From: an archaeon
GTDB taxonomy: Archaea; Asgardarchaeota; Heimdallarchaeia; Heimdallarchaeales; Kariarchaeaceae
Reading direction: 5' to 3'
Assembly (NCBI GenBank): GCA_024280435.1
Contig: JAJRQD010000026.1
Coordinates: 11,257-75,256, forward strand
DNA length: 64,000 bases
Part shown: positions 20,884 through 30,830 of the stretch, piece by piece
How the letters are laid out: each line of letters begins with the position of its first letter
Position numbering within the stretch: the stretch's first letter is position 1
Notes under the pieces: generated by a model
What the model saw: only the letters and a program-made list of their open reading frames with translations
Told to the model about the DNA's origin: nothing
Database searches by the model: none
Position numbers and translations under genes: made by a program

Positions 20884-21975
20884 ATGGCAATTGATACACA
20901 GCTACCAATATTGGGGATAGAGCAAACTAAAAAAATACTTAGTCAGATTATGGGTAAAATTAACAAAGAGGGAAGTCAGGGAATATTTCTCTGGGGACCA
21001 CCAGGAATAGGAAAATCTGCACTTATCAAGCAACTGGCTGAGGAGCATAATATGAAACTAAGTGATGTGAGACTCCCATTACTTGATCCGGTTGATCTGC
21101 GAGGTCTTCCTATGATTGATAAGGAGGCAGGAGTGGCAAAATGGTTACCACCAGATTTCTTACCAAAGCAGAACAGCAAAAAAGCAGGTATACTACTTTT
21201 GGATGAGATTAATGCTGCGCCACCATCAATACAGGCATCTGCATATCAATTGATACTCGACCGTAGAATTGGTAGTTATAAACTTCCAAAAAATTGGGTT
21301 GTGATTGCAGCAGGAAACAGAGTGTCGGACAGAGCAGTGGCATTTAAACTACCCAGTGCATTGGCAAACAGGTTCACACATCTTGAACTCTCACCAGATG
21401 CAGATGAGTGGATAAGATGGGCCATTGCAAATGAGATTGACCCTCTGATCATTGCTTTCATCAAATCACAGCCATCAATGCTATTTCAATTTGATCCACA
21501 AAGATTACCAATTGCTTTTCCATCACCAAGGTCATGGGCATTTGCATCCAATTTATCAGAATTAAGAAAGACAAACCTACTATTGTACCTATCTGCATTA
21601 CAGGGTACTGTTGGAAATGCCACAGAAGAAATTTTCAGAAGTTTTATCGAGTATGAGAATGATGTTCCCAATATAGAGGACATACTATCGGGTAAGCCAT
21701 ATGAACTGCCACAACCAAATCAACTTGATATTCTCTACATTGTATTTGCAAATATTATAACATCACTGCTAAAAAAATTAACTGAAGAGAGAGTATCTAA
21801 TTTTTTCAACTATGCCATGCAATATGACAATACATCAGCTGCGGATTATTCAACAATGCTATTATTTGAACTGATCAAACAAATAAAATATCAGAACCAA
21901 AGCAATCTGTATGTTGTTATGAATGTAAAGGGCTATTCAGATTGGTTGTCAAAAAATATGGAAATAACTAGTTAA
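20884..21975 (+). CDS. MoxR/AAA_5-family AAA+ ATPase
   Basis: Walker A GPPGIGKS; Walker B LLLDEIN; sensor IAAGNR. About 360 aa, typical of the MoxR/CbbQ/GvpN group. Confidence 0.8.
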   Translation: MAIDTQLPILGIEQTKKILSQIMGKINKEGSQGIFLWGPPGIGKSALIKQLAEEHNMKLSDVRLPLLDPVDLRGLPMIDKEAGVAKWLPPDFLPKQNSKKAGILLLDEINAAPPSIQASAYQLILDRRIGSYKLPKNWVVIAAGNRVSDRAVAFKLPSALANRFTHLELSPDADEWIRWAIANEIDPLIIAFIKSQPSMLFQFDPQRLPIAFPSPRSWAFASNLSELRKTNLLLYLSALQGTVGNATEEIFRSFIEYENDVPNIEDILSGKPYELPQPNQLDILYIVFANIITSLLKKLTEERVSNFFNYAMQYDNTSAADYSTMLLFELIKQIKYQNQSNLYVVMNVKGYSDWLSKNMEITS

Positions 21976-22611
21976 TTATTTGTGTACATGTTTCAACTGT
22001 GGAGTTATAAGAAAAGCAAACAGGGTACAAAGGTGCAATAGCTGTCGGGAGAAATGCAGATATGCAATAAATATAAAGTAACCCCAGAGTATCAAAATAC
22101 ATTCAATGGTGACACCAACATAGCGTGTGGAATTTCACAACTTAAAATTTGTATGTGGAAATAAGATGATGACTGCGAGGTGTTACTCTCATGAAAAAAA
22201 AGCAGTTATTGCAATTAAGAAATATATAATTGATCAATTTTGAAAGGTGGAAACATCAAAACATCAATAACTGCCATATAAATATATCGCGAAACAATTA
22301 TTAAAGGTATTCATTACCTGTCGGATTATATCACAAATCAATGATATCACTAAATTATAGAATAATAGCACATTTTAATCTACTGTGAATAGTAAATCAG
22401 ATCAAAATCACCTAATGATGTATTACGTAGACTTATAAGTATAATATCATTTCTTCTATACTTTTAATCGCTTTCCAGGTCAGTATTATTTTTTTTTAAT
22501 GTATTTTACGATTTAGTAAACCACCTCTACCAAAAGGATGGGACTTCTTGCTATTTATTAAAAAACACTTGGATTATTTTTATATTATTATAGTATCTAA
22601 ATTTTAATTGA

Positions 22612-22824
22612 TTATACGTCTCTAGCTTGAATTGTTTTTCTTCCATTTAATTTTGCTCTTGAAGCAGCATCATCAAGGATACTTGCAACACTTTTAGAGA
22701 CAGCATCAAACAGATCAGAACCGATGTTATAATCACCAGTTGATTTTAGATATTCACGAATTTTTGACTGAACGACCAGCATTGGAGCTGGGTTTTTCTT
22801 TTTACTAGCTTTCTTTTTTGCCAT
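22612..22824 (-). CDS. Histone-fold protein with Lys-rich N-terminal tail and truncated alpha3
   Basis: MAKKKASKKKNPAP tail, then a histone fold (alpha1-L1-alpha2 ...ASRAKLNGRKTIQARDV) that ends 5 aa after the L2 GRKTI motif. AGGTGG Shine-Dalgarno 10 nt upstream of this ATG. The ORF track's earlier Met at 22860 would read through the Shine-Dalgarno sequence. Confidence 0.6.
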   Translation of the reverse strand: MAKKKASKKKNPAPMLVVQSKIREYLKSTGDYNIGSDLFDAVSKSVASILDDAASRAKLNGRKTIQARDV

Positions 22825-22901
22825 GTTTTTGTTTCCACCTTGTCTCGACCTTGTCAACAATATTACTTGCTTTAAAGGCGAGTCGAATTAATTATAAGGG
22901 C

Positions 22902-22911
22902 TTTATATAAA
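22902..22911 (-). promoter_or_regulatory. Putative TATA box of the histone gene
   Basis: TTTATATAAA about 80 nt upstream of the histone ATG, which would leave a roughly 55-nt 5'UTR containing the Shine-Dalgarno sequence. Confidence 0.3.
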
Positions 22912-23234
22912 AAGGTTTCTCAAACCCATTCAAAATCCGGTTAAAAGAGATTTTATAGATGTCCTTTACAATACTTGCTGAATTGATGAAATTATTCAAC
23001 TGTGTGATAGTTAATAAATGTATTGCATATTCAGAGGATTTTAAGACTGAATCCGAATTTCAAACCACAATGTATCGTGTTTTTTGGTACTTCATGCTTT
23101 TTGTCCTTCTTGGCGCCTTTTATTTAGCGCAAATTGCATTGAAAAAACAATGTACAACAAATGCAGAAAAGGGTGGCTCTACAGATAAAATTGCGTTTTT
23201 TCAATTATACTAGAATTATGGATTTTCAACTTAA

Positions 23235-23597
23235 TTAGCCCAATAAAGTATCATCATCTGAAAAATTTACTGCACCCACCTCAAATAGAAGCACTTTTTT
23301 TCTTTCCACCTGATTTATTCTCTCAGCCAGCTCTAATGCTGAATGGCTGAATGCAGATCCAACAATCAAGGCACCATCAAGCTCAGTATTGTTTACAGAT
23401 TTTATTGCCTGATTTATTTTATCCACCCCAATTTTTCTTTTCCAATTATAATGAAGAATACCCATATTTATTGCTTTATCACCTATCTTCGAATGAAATT
23501 CTCCAATAAAATTTGAGGCTTCTCCTGTTTTGGTTCTTGGGATTGTATCTGTTACATACCCACCAAGTGATTCAACCATCTCTCTGAATAAAGACAT
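23235..23597 (-). CDS. Mrr-cat-like restriction endonuclease-fold protein
   Basis: 120 aa; the pattern GY.V..T....GD..I......(K)...AIKSV......GALIVGSAFSHSALELA matches the PD-(D/E)xK Mrr catalytic-domain layout. Confidence 0.45.
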   Translation of the reverse strand: MSLFREMVESLGGYVTDTIPRTKTGEASNFIGEFHSKIGDKAINMGILHYNWKRKIGVDKINQAIKSVNNTELDGALIVGSAFSHSALELAERINQVERKKVLLFEVGAVNFSDDDTLLG

Positions 23598-23835
23598 AAT
23601 TCTAATCTACCATAATATTTGTACAATATAATAGAAGATAATACTAGAGATATATTGAGCGAATACTAAACTAGATATTGAGTATCACCAATAATTTATT
23701 TCACAAATATTGTCGAATTTATCTTATACACTTATAATTCAAGGAATCTTTATAATAAAGCTAATTGGTGTTTCAAAAGAGGCGTTCTAAATCGTTGAGA
23801 AACTCTGGTCGAGAATAAATAATCGCAATCAGATC

Positions 23836-24849
23836 ATGCAGATTGCAGAAGATCTGATACCATATTTTAAGAGCCAGATCAAGGATGAATTTGGTAATAC
23901 TGCAAGATTTGCCAGTATTCAGGATGTGGAATTTGACCAGATACTTCTTGCAGAAATTAACAATATTCATCTCAAGGTCAAAGTACTATCAGATCAGGGT
24001 GCTTGGACACACGACTTGATTATCAGAGAGTTCAAAGATCTTGATAAGTTAAACAGAGAAATTGAGAGATACAATGAATTAGAGAGGAGATGTATTCTCT
24101 TTGAGAATATATTTCCAGCCCCCTTAATCAATGTAGATAAAAATAACAGACAATTGATTTATGAAAAAAATACCGGTCTACAAATAGATAAGATTGAATT
24201 CACAAATAATCTCAAAGATTATCAGCTAGGCAAGATATTTGCCATGATACAGGGTGAGAAATCAAATCCACTTGACGCATCCACTATGAAAGAATTACTT
24301 GAGTATGTGTTATCCACATTACCATTCACTGAGGATGAACGTACCAGGATTTCAATGCTCTTAGAGCCACATTACTATATACTACCCAACTCACTTGGTG
24401 GTTATGTACCATGCACTTTATTTGATCCAACAACAATTGAAGTCAACAAATTATCAGATATTACCAGGGAGAATATAGATGATAACAAAGCATTGTATTT
24501 GACAATACCAATACAGATACCTGAAAGTAATATTGTGGATAGAATGGCAGATATTGCATCCTATTACATAGAAGAGACATACAAGGAATTCTGTACCACC
24601 GGAAGTGTACATAACACCAAGGAGAAAATATATGTATTCTTTGAGGGCTACAATAGTGTGGCAAAACAGATTAACATGCCAACAATGAAGGAACTGTACA
24701 AACATGGCATAACTCTTGATATACAGATGTTATTGATATTCTGGATAATGATACTGAGTAAAATTGGTTCTGGTGAGAATGTATGGTCTAAAGATGTGAC
24801 CAGATTCACTTATTTTATTCTTCTAAAGAAACCATTTTTATTGTTCTAA
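23836..24849 (+). CDS. Hypothetical protein
   Basis: 337 aa; no motif recognised. Confidence 0.4.
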   Translation: MQIAEDLIPYFKSQIKDEFGNTARFASIQDVEFDQILLAEINNIHLKVKVLSDQGAWTHDLIIREFKDLDKLNREIERYNELERRCILFENIFPAPLINVDKNNRQLIYEKNTGLQIDKIEFTNNLKDYQLGKIFAMIQGEKSNPLDASTMKELLEYVLSTLPFTEDERTRISMLLEPHYYILPNSLGGYVPCTLFDPTTIEVNKLSDITRENIDDNKALYLTIPIQIPESNIVDRMADIASYYIEETYKEFCTTGSVHNTKEKIYVFFEGYNSVAKQINMPTMKELYKHGITLDIQMLLIFWIMILSKIGSGENVWSKDVTRFTYFILLKKPFLLF

Positions 24850-25934
24850 TATTTAAAATTACTGAGTTCATTCTCTACCTTACCAAGTACTTGCACAAGA
24901 TCATCATAGTTTGACTGGACTGAGTTGAAATCTCTGCTTGCACTTGATACATCATTTTTTATTGTGACAGCAATTTTATGTGCATTATCAATCTGGGATG
25001 ATAACTGATGCATAGAACCGGTGATCATATCCAATGAATCTTTTGCATTGTCACTCACCTGATGTAACTGTGCTTTAACATTACTTGCTGAATTACTGAT
25101 GTGATTTGATAATCTTCTTAGATTAGAAGCTACCACTTCAAAACCCACTCCAAATTCTCCTGATCTGGATGCTTCTATACCTGCATTCAATGCAAGCATC
25201 TGTGTCTGTTTTCCAATTGATCTCATCAGTTTAGATACATCATCAATAACTGTGATTGCATCATCAAAAGATGAGGTCAGATTATCTATTCCTGAAGATG
25301 AAATCGACAGATAACCCTTCAATTCCTGATATACTGCTATATTTGCCAATGAATTATCAATTCCTAGATTTGATTGTCCAAGAGTACTTGATGTTTTGTT
25401 GAATTTGTTTTCAATCATTGATAACTGATAATTTATCTCACGCATATTCTGATCAAATGATTTGAATGTGTGATTCATATCTTTTCTGAATTCATTGAAA
25501 TTCTTGATTGCCTTATCCTCAGATACACCATAGACAAATTCATCAGCAGCCACAAAGTTTCGATCTTTAAATCGTACTGAGCTCTTTTTTAATAGTTCCA
25601 ATGGTTTCAGATAAACTGTGTAATGAACCAGATAAGCAATTATTATTGCGATGACCACAATCATGGTTGATATAACTACCATTAGATCATTTTTCAGAAT
25701 GGAGAATATCAATGGTAATGTGGCAAAAATTATGGCAAAAACAGTCATGATATTAAGCTGATTATCGATTATTACCTGTTTAAGGGATCTTCTACTCTTA
25801 TCTTCTACAAATAGTTCTTCGTGGATCAAATCATCCCAAAAATAAATGAACTTATCCTTTGCTTCCTCATCTCCTTCTGATAGGAGAGCATTCAATACTT
25901 TTTTTACTCCAGATACCTTACTAGACATTCTCAA
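24846..25934 (-). CDS. Methyl-accepting chemotaxis protein-like membrane sensor
   Basis: TM segment near the N-terminus; the MCP signalling motif QTQMLALNAGIEASRSGEFGVGFEVVASNLRRLS. Confidence 0.65.
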   Translation of the reverse strand: MRMSSKVSGVKKVLNALLSEGDEEAKDKFIYFWDDLIHEELFVEDKSRRSLKQVIIDNQLNIMTVFAIIFATLPLIFSILKNDLMVVISTMIVVIAIIIAYLVHYTVYLKPLELLKKSSVRFKDRNFVAADEFVYGVSEDKAIKNFNEFRKDMNHTFKSFDQNMREINYQLSMIENKFNKTSSTLGQSNLGIDNSLANIAVYQELKGYLSISSSGIDNLTSSFDDAITVIDDVSKLMRSIGKQTQMLALNAGIEASRSGEFGVGFEVVASNLRRLSNHISNSASNVKAQLHQVSDNAKDSLDMITGSMHQLSSQIDNAHKIAVTIKNDVSSASRDFNSVQSNYDDLVQVLGKVENELSNFKY

Positions 25935-26169
25935 ATTTCAGATTAAATGAAAATTATTTTACTATTTCCCCATCATGACGAATTTATCTATCAATTGCAC
26001 AATTTTGATATGTATGAATCTACCATTGATTGTAAAATTTACCTCTAGCTTATGCAAAAAAAGTTATTTTTAAGGTGGAGATGGTTCACTATATTTTATA
26101 GAGATATTTTATAATCAAAATATAATTTAGTGATTCTTAGAAAAATATTAATGTGAATAAATACTCATC

Positions 26170-26715
26170 ATGTATATGGTTGATGAAAGTAAATCACCAA
26201 TATTTGGTCTCTATATTCTAGATGAATCTGGCATTCCATTGATTGCAAGACAGTATTCAGACCATATTGCAGAGAATGAAGCAATATTAATTGGTGGTTT
26301 CTTCTCAGCAATTGATATATTCTCAAGATCTAGTTTACAGACAAGATTAACAGATATCGGTATGGAGAACAAGCGTTTCTATTTCAAAAGCTCACATAAT
26401 TTTGTACAGGTAATACTAACCACCTCAGACAAACCCATGTTTATAGATCAGAATACTCTTGCACTGGTATCTCTGGTCCAAGAAAGAGTACAGCTACTAA
26501 TTGAGACGATAATTGATCTGGTTGATAGAAATTTGCTGAATGTAGAACAGATAATCAAAAACTGTGGTACATCATTGGATTCAATTGTATTCGAAGCAGC
26601 ATTTGAAGAATATGAGGACACAGATAATGTGAACATGAAGAGAGGTAAAACACTAGATTATACCAAGATTGCAGATAATACATTATTAAAAAAGATCAAC
26701 CATTTATTTGATTAG
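26170..26715 (+). CDS. Roadblock/longin-like (profilin-like fold) domain protein
   Basis: Alternating beta/alpha pattern GLYILDESGIPLIARQY...AILIGGFFSAIDIFS...FYFKSSHNFVQVIL, typical of roadblock/LC7 or longin folds. Lies next to GTPase genes. Confidence 0.35.
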   Translation: MYMVDESKSPIFGLYILDESGIPLIARQYSDHIAENEAILIGGFFSAIDIFSRSSLQTRLTDIGMENKRFYFKSSHNFVQVILTTSDKPMFIDQNTLALVSLVQERVQLLIETIIDLVDRNLLNVEQIIKNCGTSLDSIVFEAAFEEYEDTDNVNMKRGKTLDYTKIADNTLLKKINHLFD

Positions 26716-26724
26716 TATCCACAA

Positions 26725-28899
26725 TTAGTTTTTCTTATCTAGAGCCACAAGATACATCTTATCATCAATCAATTTGAATTCCGCCTGCAATTCACCATTG
26801 ACAATTAACTCCGTGATTAATTTCTCCACATTCTTTATATCTTTACTAAGCGTATCTGCAAGCGTATTCAATTGTACCATACGCAGTTTCTCAACAGACC
26901 GTGCAAGCTCCATTCGCTCAAATTTTCGCAAAGTAGCTTCTGGAAGAATAGAACCGATAACATTGGATAATGTCACCTTATCACCTGCTTTCCATGCACC
27001 TATCACTTTGCTGACAATAGAATAAAAAGAGCCTGTAAACCGGAGTATAGATGAACGACGGGTTATCTCCTCAATTTTTGAGGTGGAGAACCGTGTTACC
27101 ATCTCAATTGCAACTGAATTTGCATCAAAAGAGGTTAAGATATTCCATAGCTCAGCATTTGATCCATGCTTGGATTCTATCACCTGCAATATCTCCCCAA
27201 TTGCAATATTAGATAATTTTTTCTTACTTATCACCAATTGAAGAATTGTTATTTTTGAGGTCTCAAGTACTGTTTGCTTGGTATCATCAGACAGTGATGC
27301 CAGGTCTCGAACTATGCTTCCAATCAGAGAAATGGTAAAGTCATCAGCCTCCTCGTACAGAAGATGATATAGAAAGATCAACTGCCTTCTCTTCTCATCC
27401 TGTTTCTCTCTTACACTGTTCATCATATGTCGTTGCAATATCTGTTGATAGATTACCTTATGCTCATCTACAAATTTTGCAAGTAAACGTGCACCATTTT
27501 TTCTTGAGGTAATAGACCTGGATTCAATCCAACGAGATATTAAACTCTCCGCAATCTCTTGTTCCTTCTCACTATCATTCTTGCTCTGTTTTATTAACCA
27601 TGCATATGCGGGATGTGCCAGATTTATCAAAGTAAGATCAATAGCCCGATTGACTGCATCAAACCATTCCTCCTCATCAAGAACAAGAAATGGCTCAATT
27701 GCATCAGTTACTGTCTCAACATGTTTTTCATCTATAACATCATCCACCTCTATTTTTTCAGGTTCGGCCAGTGCCACCTCATCATTTTCTTCAGCTACAT
27801 CCGCTGTGAGTTCAATATTTTCCTCTTTTACAATACCAGATTCTTCGGGTGATTCCAACAATTGAGAGATAGGTTTGGCATCATTGATTATTTCTTTTGT
27901 ATTTGAAGAAGATTCACCATTATCATCCACCTCATGGTTTATCCCCCCGATACTGAGTATAGATGCAAGACTACTCGATGAGAATACACCATCCTCGTAG
28001 AAATCCTCAACTATTACTTTACAGCCCTCTTCTCTGAGATGTTCCACTTCATCAATCTGTGATCTATCAATTATCACGTAATCAGCCAATTCTGATAGAT
28101 ATGGAGCAAAAGCAGATAAGGAAGCTTCCATTCCCATTGCCTCAAGAATAGTATTCTCATTCTCAGTTCCCTCCTCATCAAGTGTCCACACAAAAGCAAG
28201 TGGGGTACTAGTCTTTTTTATCTGATTTTTTAGCTCTTTACTCTGCAGAATTGTGGCAAGTGATACATAATCAGTTGCAAGAATAATCACTAAATCTGCA
28301 TTGTCTATCAGATCACCTATTTCATCCTTGAATTTTAATGATTTCAGCAGTTCCAAATTCTCAATGGTATATTTCTTATCAGGATATTTACGTTTTTTAT
28401 CAGATTCTGGAGGGTCATCTACCAAAAGTTCACCTCGCTCAGCAAAATACCTGAGAGGAGCGTATTTTTTACCTTTGAACAGCAATAAATTTGGGTTTTC
28501 ATTTACAAGTGGATGAAGTGTAATATCTGTTCTTCCATTCTCATCTAACAATATATTGTATGTAGTTTTTAGATTCTTGCTATTCTGATCAATCTGAGAT
28601 ATATGTGAGATCAATGCCAAATTTTCTTCATCAAGATCCAATCTATCATTTTCCTTCAATAAAGCTGATAAAGAATCTGAGATTGAAACATATCTATTAG
28701 CTCCTAATTGTGTCAGAAGAAAACGCACTTCATGATAATAAGTCTGGTTAACTGCATTTCTGACCTTGGGAGGTAGGGTATAATCAAGCATATTCATTAA
28801 AATGAAATTTATCCTATCAATTTCTTTTATACCTAATAATTTGTCGATAATATTATTTGGCTTATGGCCTAGACTTATCACGCTTATTGTCTTTGTCAA
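26725..28899 (-). CDS. Large multidomain protein: N-terminal alpha/beta domain, acidic linker, helical repeats, C-terminal winged-helix (PCI-like)
   Basis: 724 aa. Acidic stretch (EVDDNGESS...EENDEVALAEPEKIEVDD), helical body, and a C-terminal ...ELARSVEKLRMVQLNTLADTLSKDIKNVEKLITELIVNGELQAEFKLIDDKMYLVAL resembling PCI winged-helix modules. Confidence 0.45.
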   Translation of the reverse strand: MTKTISVISLGHKPNNIIDKLLGIKEIDRINFILMNMLDYTLPPKVRNAVNQTYYHEVRFLLTQLGANRYVSISDSLSALLKENDRLDLDEENLALISHISQIDQNSKNLKTTYNILLDENGRTDITLHPLVNENPNLLLFKGKKYAPLRYFAERGELLVDDPPESDKKRKYPDKKYTIENLELLKSLKFKDEIGDLIDNADLVIILATDYVSLATILQSKELKNQIKKTSTPLAFVWTLDEEGTENENTILEAMGMEASLSAFAPYLSELADYVIIDRSQIDEVEHLREEGCKVIVEDFYEDGVFSSSSLASILSIGGINHEVDDNGESSSNTKEIINDAKPISQLLESPEESGIVKEENIELTADVAEENDEVALAEPEKIEVDDVIDEKHVETVTDAIEPFLVLDEEEWFDAVNRAIDLTLINLAHPAYAWLIKQSKNDSEKEQEIAESLISRWIESRSITSRKNGARLLAKFVDEHKVIYQQILQRHMMNSVREKQDEKRRQLIFLYHLLYEEADDFTISLIGSIVRDLASLSDDTKQTVLETSKITILQLVISKKKLSNIAIGEILQVIESKHGSNAELWNILTSFDANSVAIEMVTRFSTSKIEEITRRSSILRFTGSFYSIVSKVIGAWKAGDKVTLSNVIGSILPEATLRKFERMELARSVEKLRMVQLNTLADTLSKDIKNVEKLITELIVNGELQAEFKLIDDKMYLVALDKKN

Positions 28900-29173
28900 C
28901 TGAAATTCCCAACCAGCTAGTCATCATCAAATACCTATTCAATGATGATAAAACCATATTATTTTATTTATTTAAGAGCTTTACCTTTTCCTCTCGATAG
29001 AGGAAAAAGTAAACGTGAAAAATCAAATATTTTATACTAAAACTAGTACTTTTACCAACACAAAGTATTGTTTTAGGATAGAAAAAAACAAGTAACACAA
29101 GTTACGATAAATGCTCATTTTATATTTATATTAACAATAAAAACTTTAAATGTAAGATATTTTATATAACTCT

Positions 29174-29752
29174 ATGAACAAAAATTGTTTTGTACTATTA
29201 ACAGGTTTGATGAGTGCGGGTAAGAGTACCATCCTAAGAGAATACATGCTTAATTTCAAAACAATTGAATTTACTCGTCCACCAGTAGAGGCCAAATTCC
29301 AGGGAAAAGACTTTGAGTTTCTAGATTCCATATTTGCAATAAGAAATCGAGCAGATCAGAAAGTATACAATTTCTATGAATTGGATGCACCCACGGTTAA
29401 AAAATGGATACAGTTTATCAGTATCGCAGATGGAATTATAGTTGTAGCTAATATAAATCAGAAAATACAGTATAGCAAACCAAAAGCACTGCTAGACGTA
29501 ATATTAGAGAATGCACCCAATACACCAATACTTTTTGTAATCGGTAATTATGATGATTATGATGCAGCTAAACAGAAAGTGATTGAAGATTACAGAACAG
29601 ATAGAGTAAAGCCGGATAATCTTGAATTCATTGCACTTGGCAAGGGTAAGGAATATTTTGATGATGTCTATGGAAAAAGAATTCAGTTTGATAATAATGT
29701 ATTGAAAAGTATTTTTGAGTATCATTTCAGCTCAAAAAATGATAGAATTTAG
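29174..29752 (+). CDS. Divergent P-loop GTPase-like protein (degenerate G3/G4)
   Basis: G1 GLMSAGKST present. Positions equivalent to DxxG and NKxD read DAPT and GNYDD. Layout similar to SR-beta/Rag-like small GTPases. Confidence 0.45.
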   Translation: MNKNCFVLLTGLMSAGKSTILREYMLNFKTIEFTRPPVEAKFQGKDFEFLDSIFAIRNRADQKVYNFYELDAPTVKKWIQFISIADGIIVVANINQKIQYSKPKALLDVILENAPNTPILFVIGNYDDYDAAKQKVIEDYRTDRVKPDNLEFIALGKGKEYFDDVYGKRIQFDNNVLKSIFEYHFSSKNDRI

Positions 29753-29851
29753 ATCAAAAAATATTCCAATCAGCATATTGTAAAATATCTTTGAACAATA
29801 AAAACTGTAAAACATAGATATCGTTTTTTAAAAGTATTCGAATATCATTTT

Positions 29852-30616
29852 ATGGCAAAAAAAAACAGATCTGAAGATGAAAACAAAATGATTGGATCAA
29901 TTCTAAAAATTAGAAATACTATGAAAGATGATTTGAAAGATTATCAGGTCATTCTTGGTTTCTCAGGATTTGGAAATATAGGATATTTAAGCCTCTCCCA
30001 TATAATTGAGACAGCAGAACTTGAGGCATTCAGTTTCTGGGGAGCAAATTCATGGTTTTACCGAGATAATATAGAATCCACCATAACTGCATATATGCAT
30101 CATGAATCAAAATCAGTCATAATTACATCTAGACTACCTATTTTCGTATCCGCCATGACAAAGGCCTTTTGGGACAGATTAATTGAAGATATACTGGCAT
30201 GGGAATGTAGAAGATATATCGTCATTGCAGGTCTGAGGGAAGAGACCAGAGAGGCAATGTCAACCGATTGGGCTGCATTCATTCCTACTAAAAAATGGAC
30301 CAAACTATATGGACATACAAGAAATTTTGCTGATAAACTCACCATGATTGGTCCTTTGAGCTCTATACTACTATTAGGAACAACTATGAACATACCAGTA
30401 CTTGGATTACTAGCATATTGTAATCTGGAAGATGACCCTGATGCGGCATTGTTTACACTCAAACAGATTGAAGAACTGGCCGACATCAATATCGAAATGA
30501 AAGATAAATTACAGCTATTTGACTTTAATTTCTTGTCAACGGGTATAACACAGAATACAGAGATAGTTGAAGAGGACCTTGATGATGATGAATTCAACAT
30601 AGATGATCTACTGTGA
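29852..30616 (+). CDS. PAC2-family proteasome assembly chaperone-like protein
   Basis: 254 aa; N-terminal GFSGFGNIGYLSLSHIIE resembles the PAC2/COG1938 motif; acidic C-terminal tail. Confidence 0.5.
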   Translation: MAKKNRSEDENKMIGSILKIRNTMKDDLKDYQVILGFSGFGNIGYLSLSHIIETAELEAFSFWGANSWFYRDNIESTITAYMHHESKSVIITSRLPIFVSAMTKAFWDRLIEDILAWECRRYIVIAGLREETREAMSTDWAAFIPTKKWTKLYGHTRNFADKLTMIGPLSSILLLGTTMNIPVLGLLAYCNLEDDPDAALFTLKQIEELADINIEMKDKLQLFDFNFLSTGITQNTEIVEEDLDDDEFNIDDLL

Positions 30617-30830
30617 GTGGTGGCGCCAAGAATAACTGTATTATAGTTACATTTATCTGATAATACCACCTGAATATAATAATAGGTGTTTTGCAAATCA
30701 CAAGAACTGATTTCAAAGATTGATCAATGAGAAAATGGAAATCATGTCAATAATATTTTGTTTTGATTAATATACGAATTAGAAATATCTTTATACAACT
30801 TCAATGTTCCACACACTTGAGGTATAAAAT

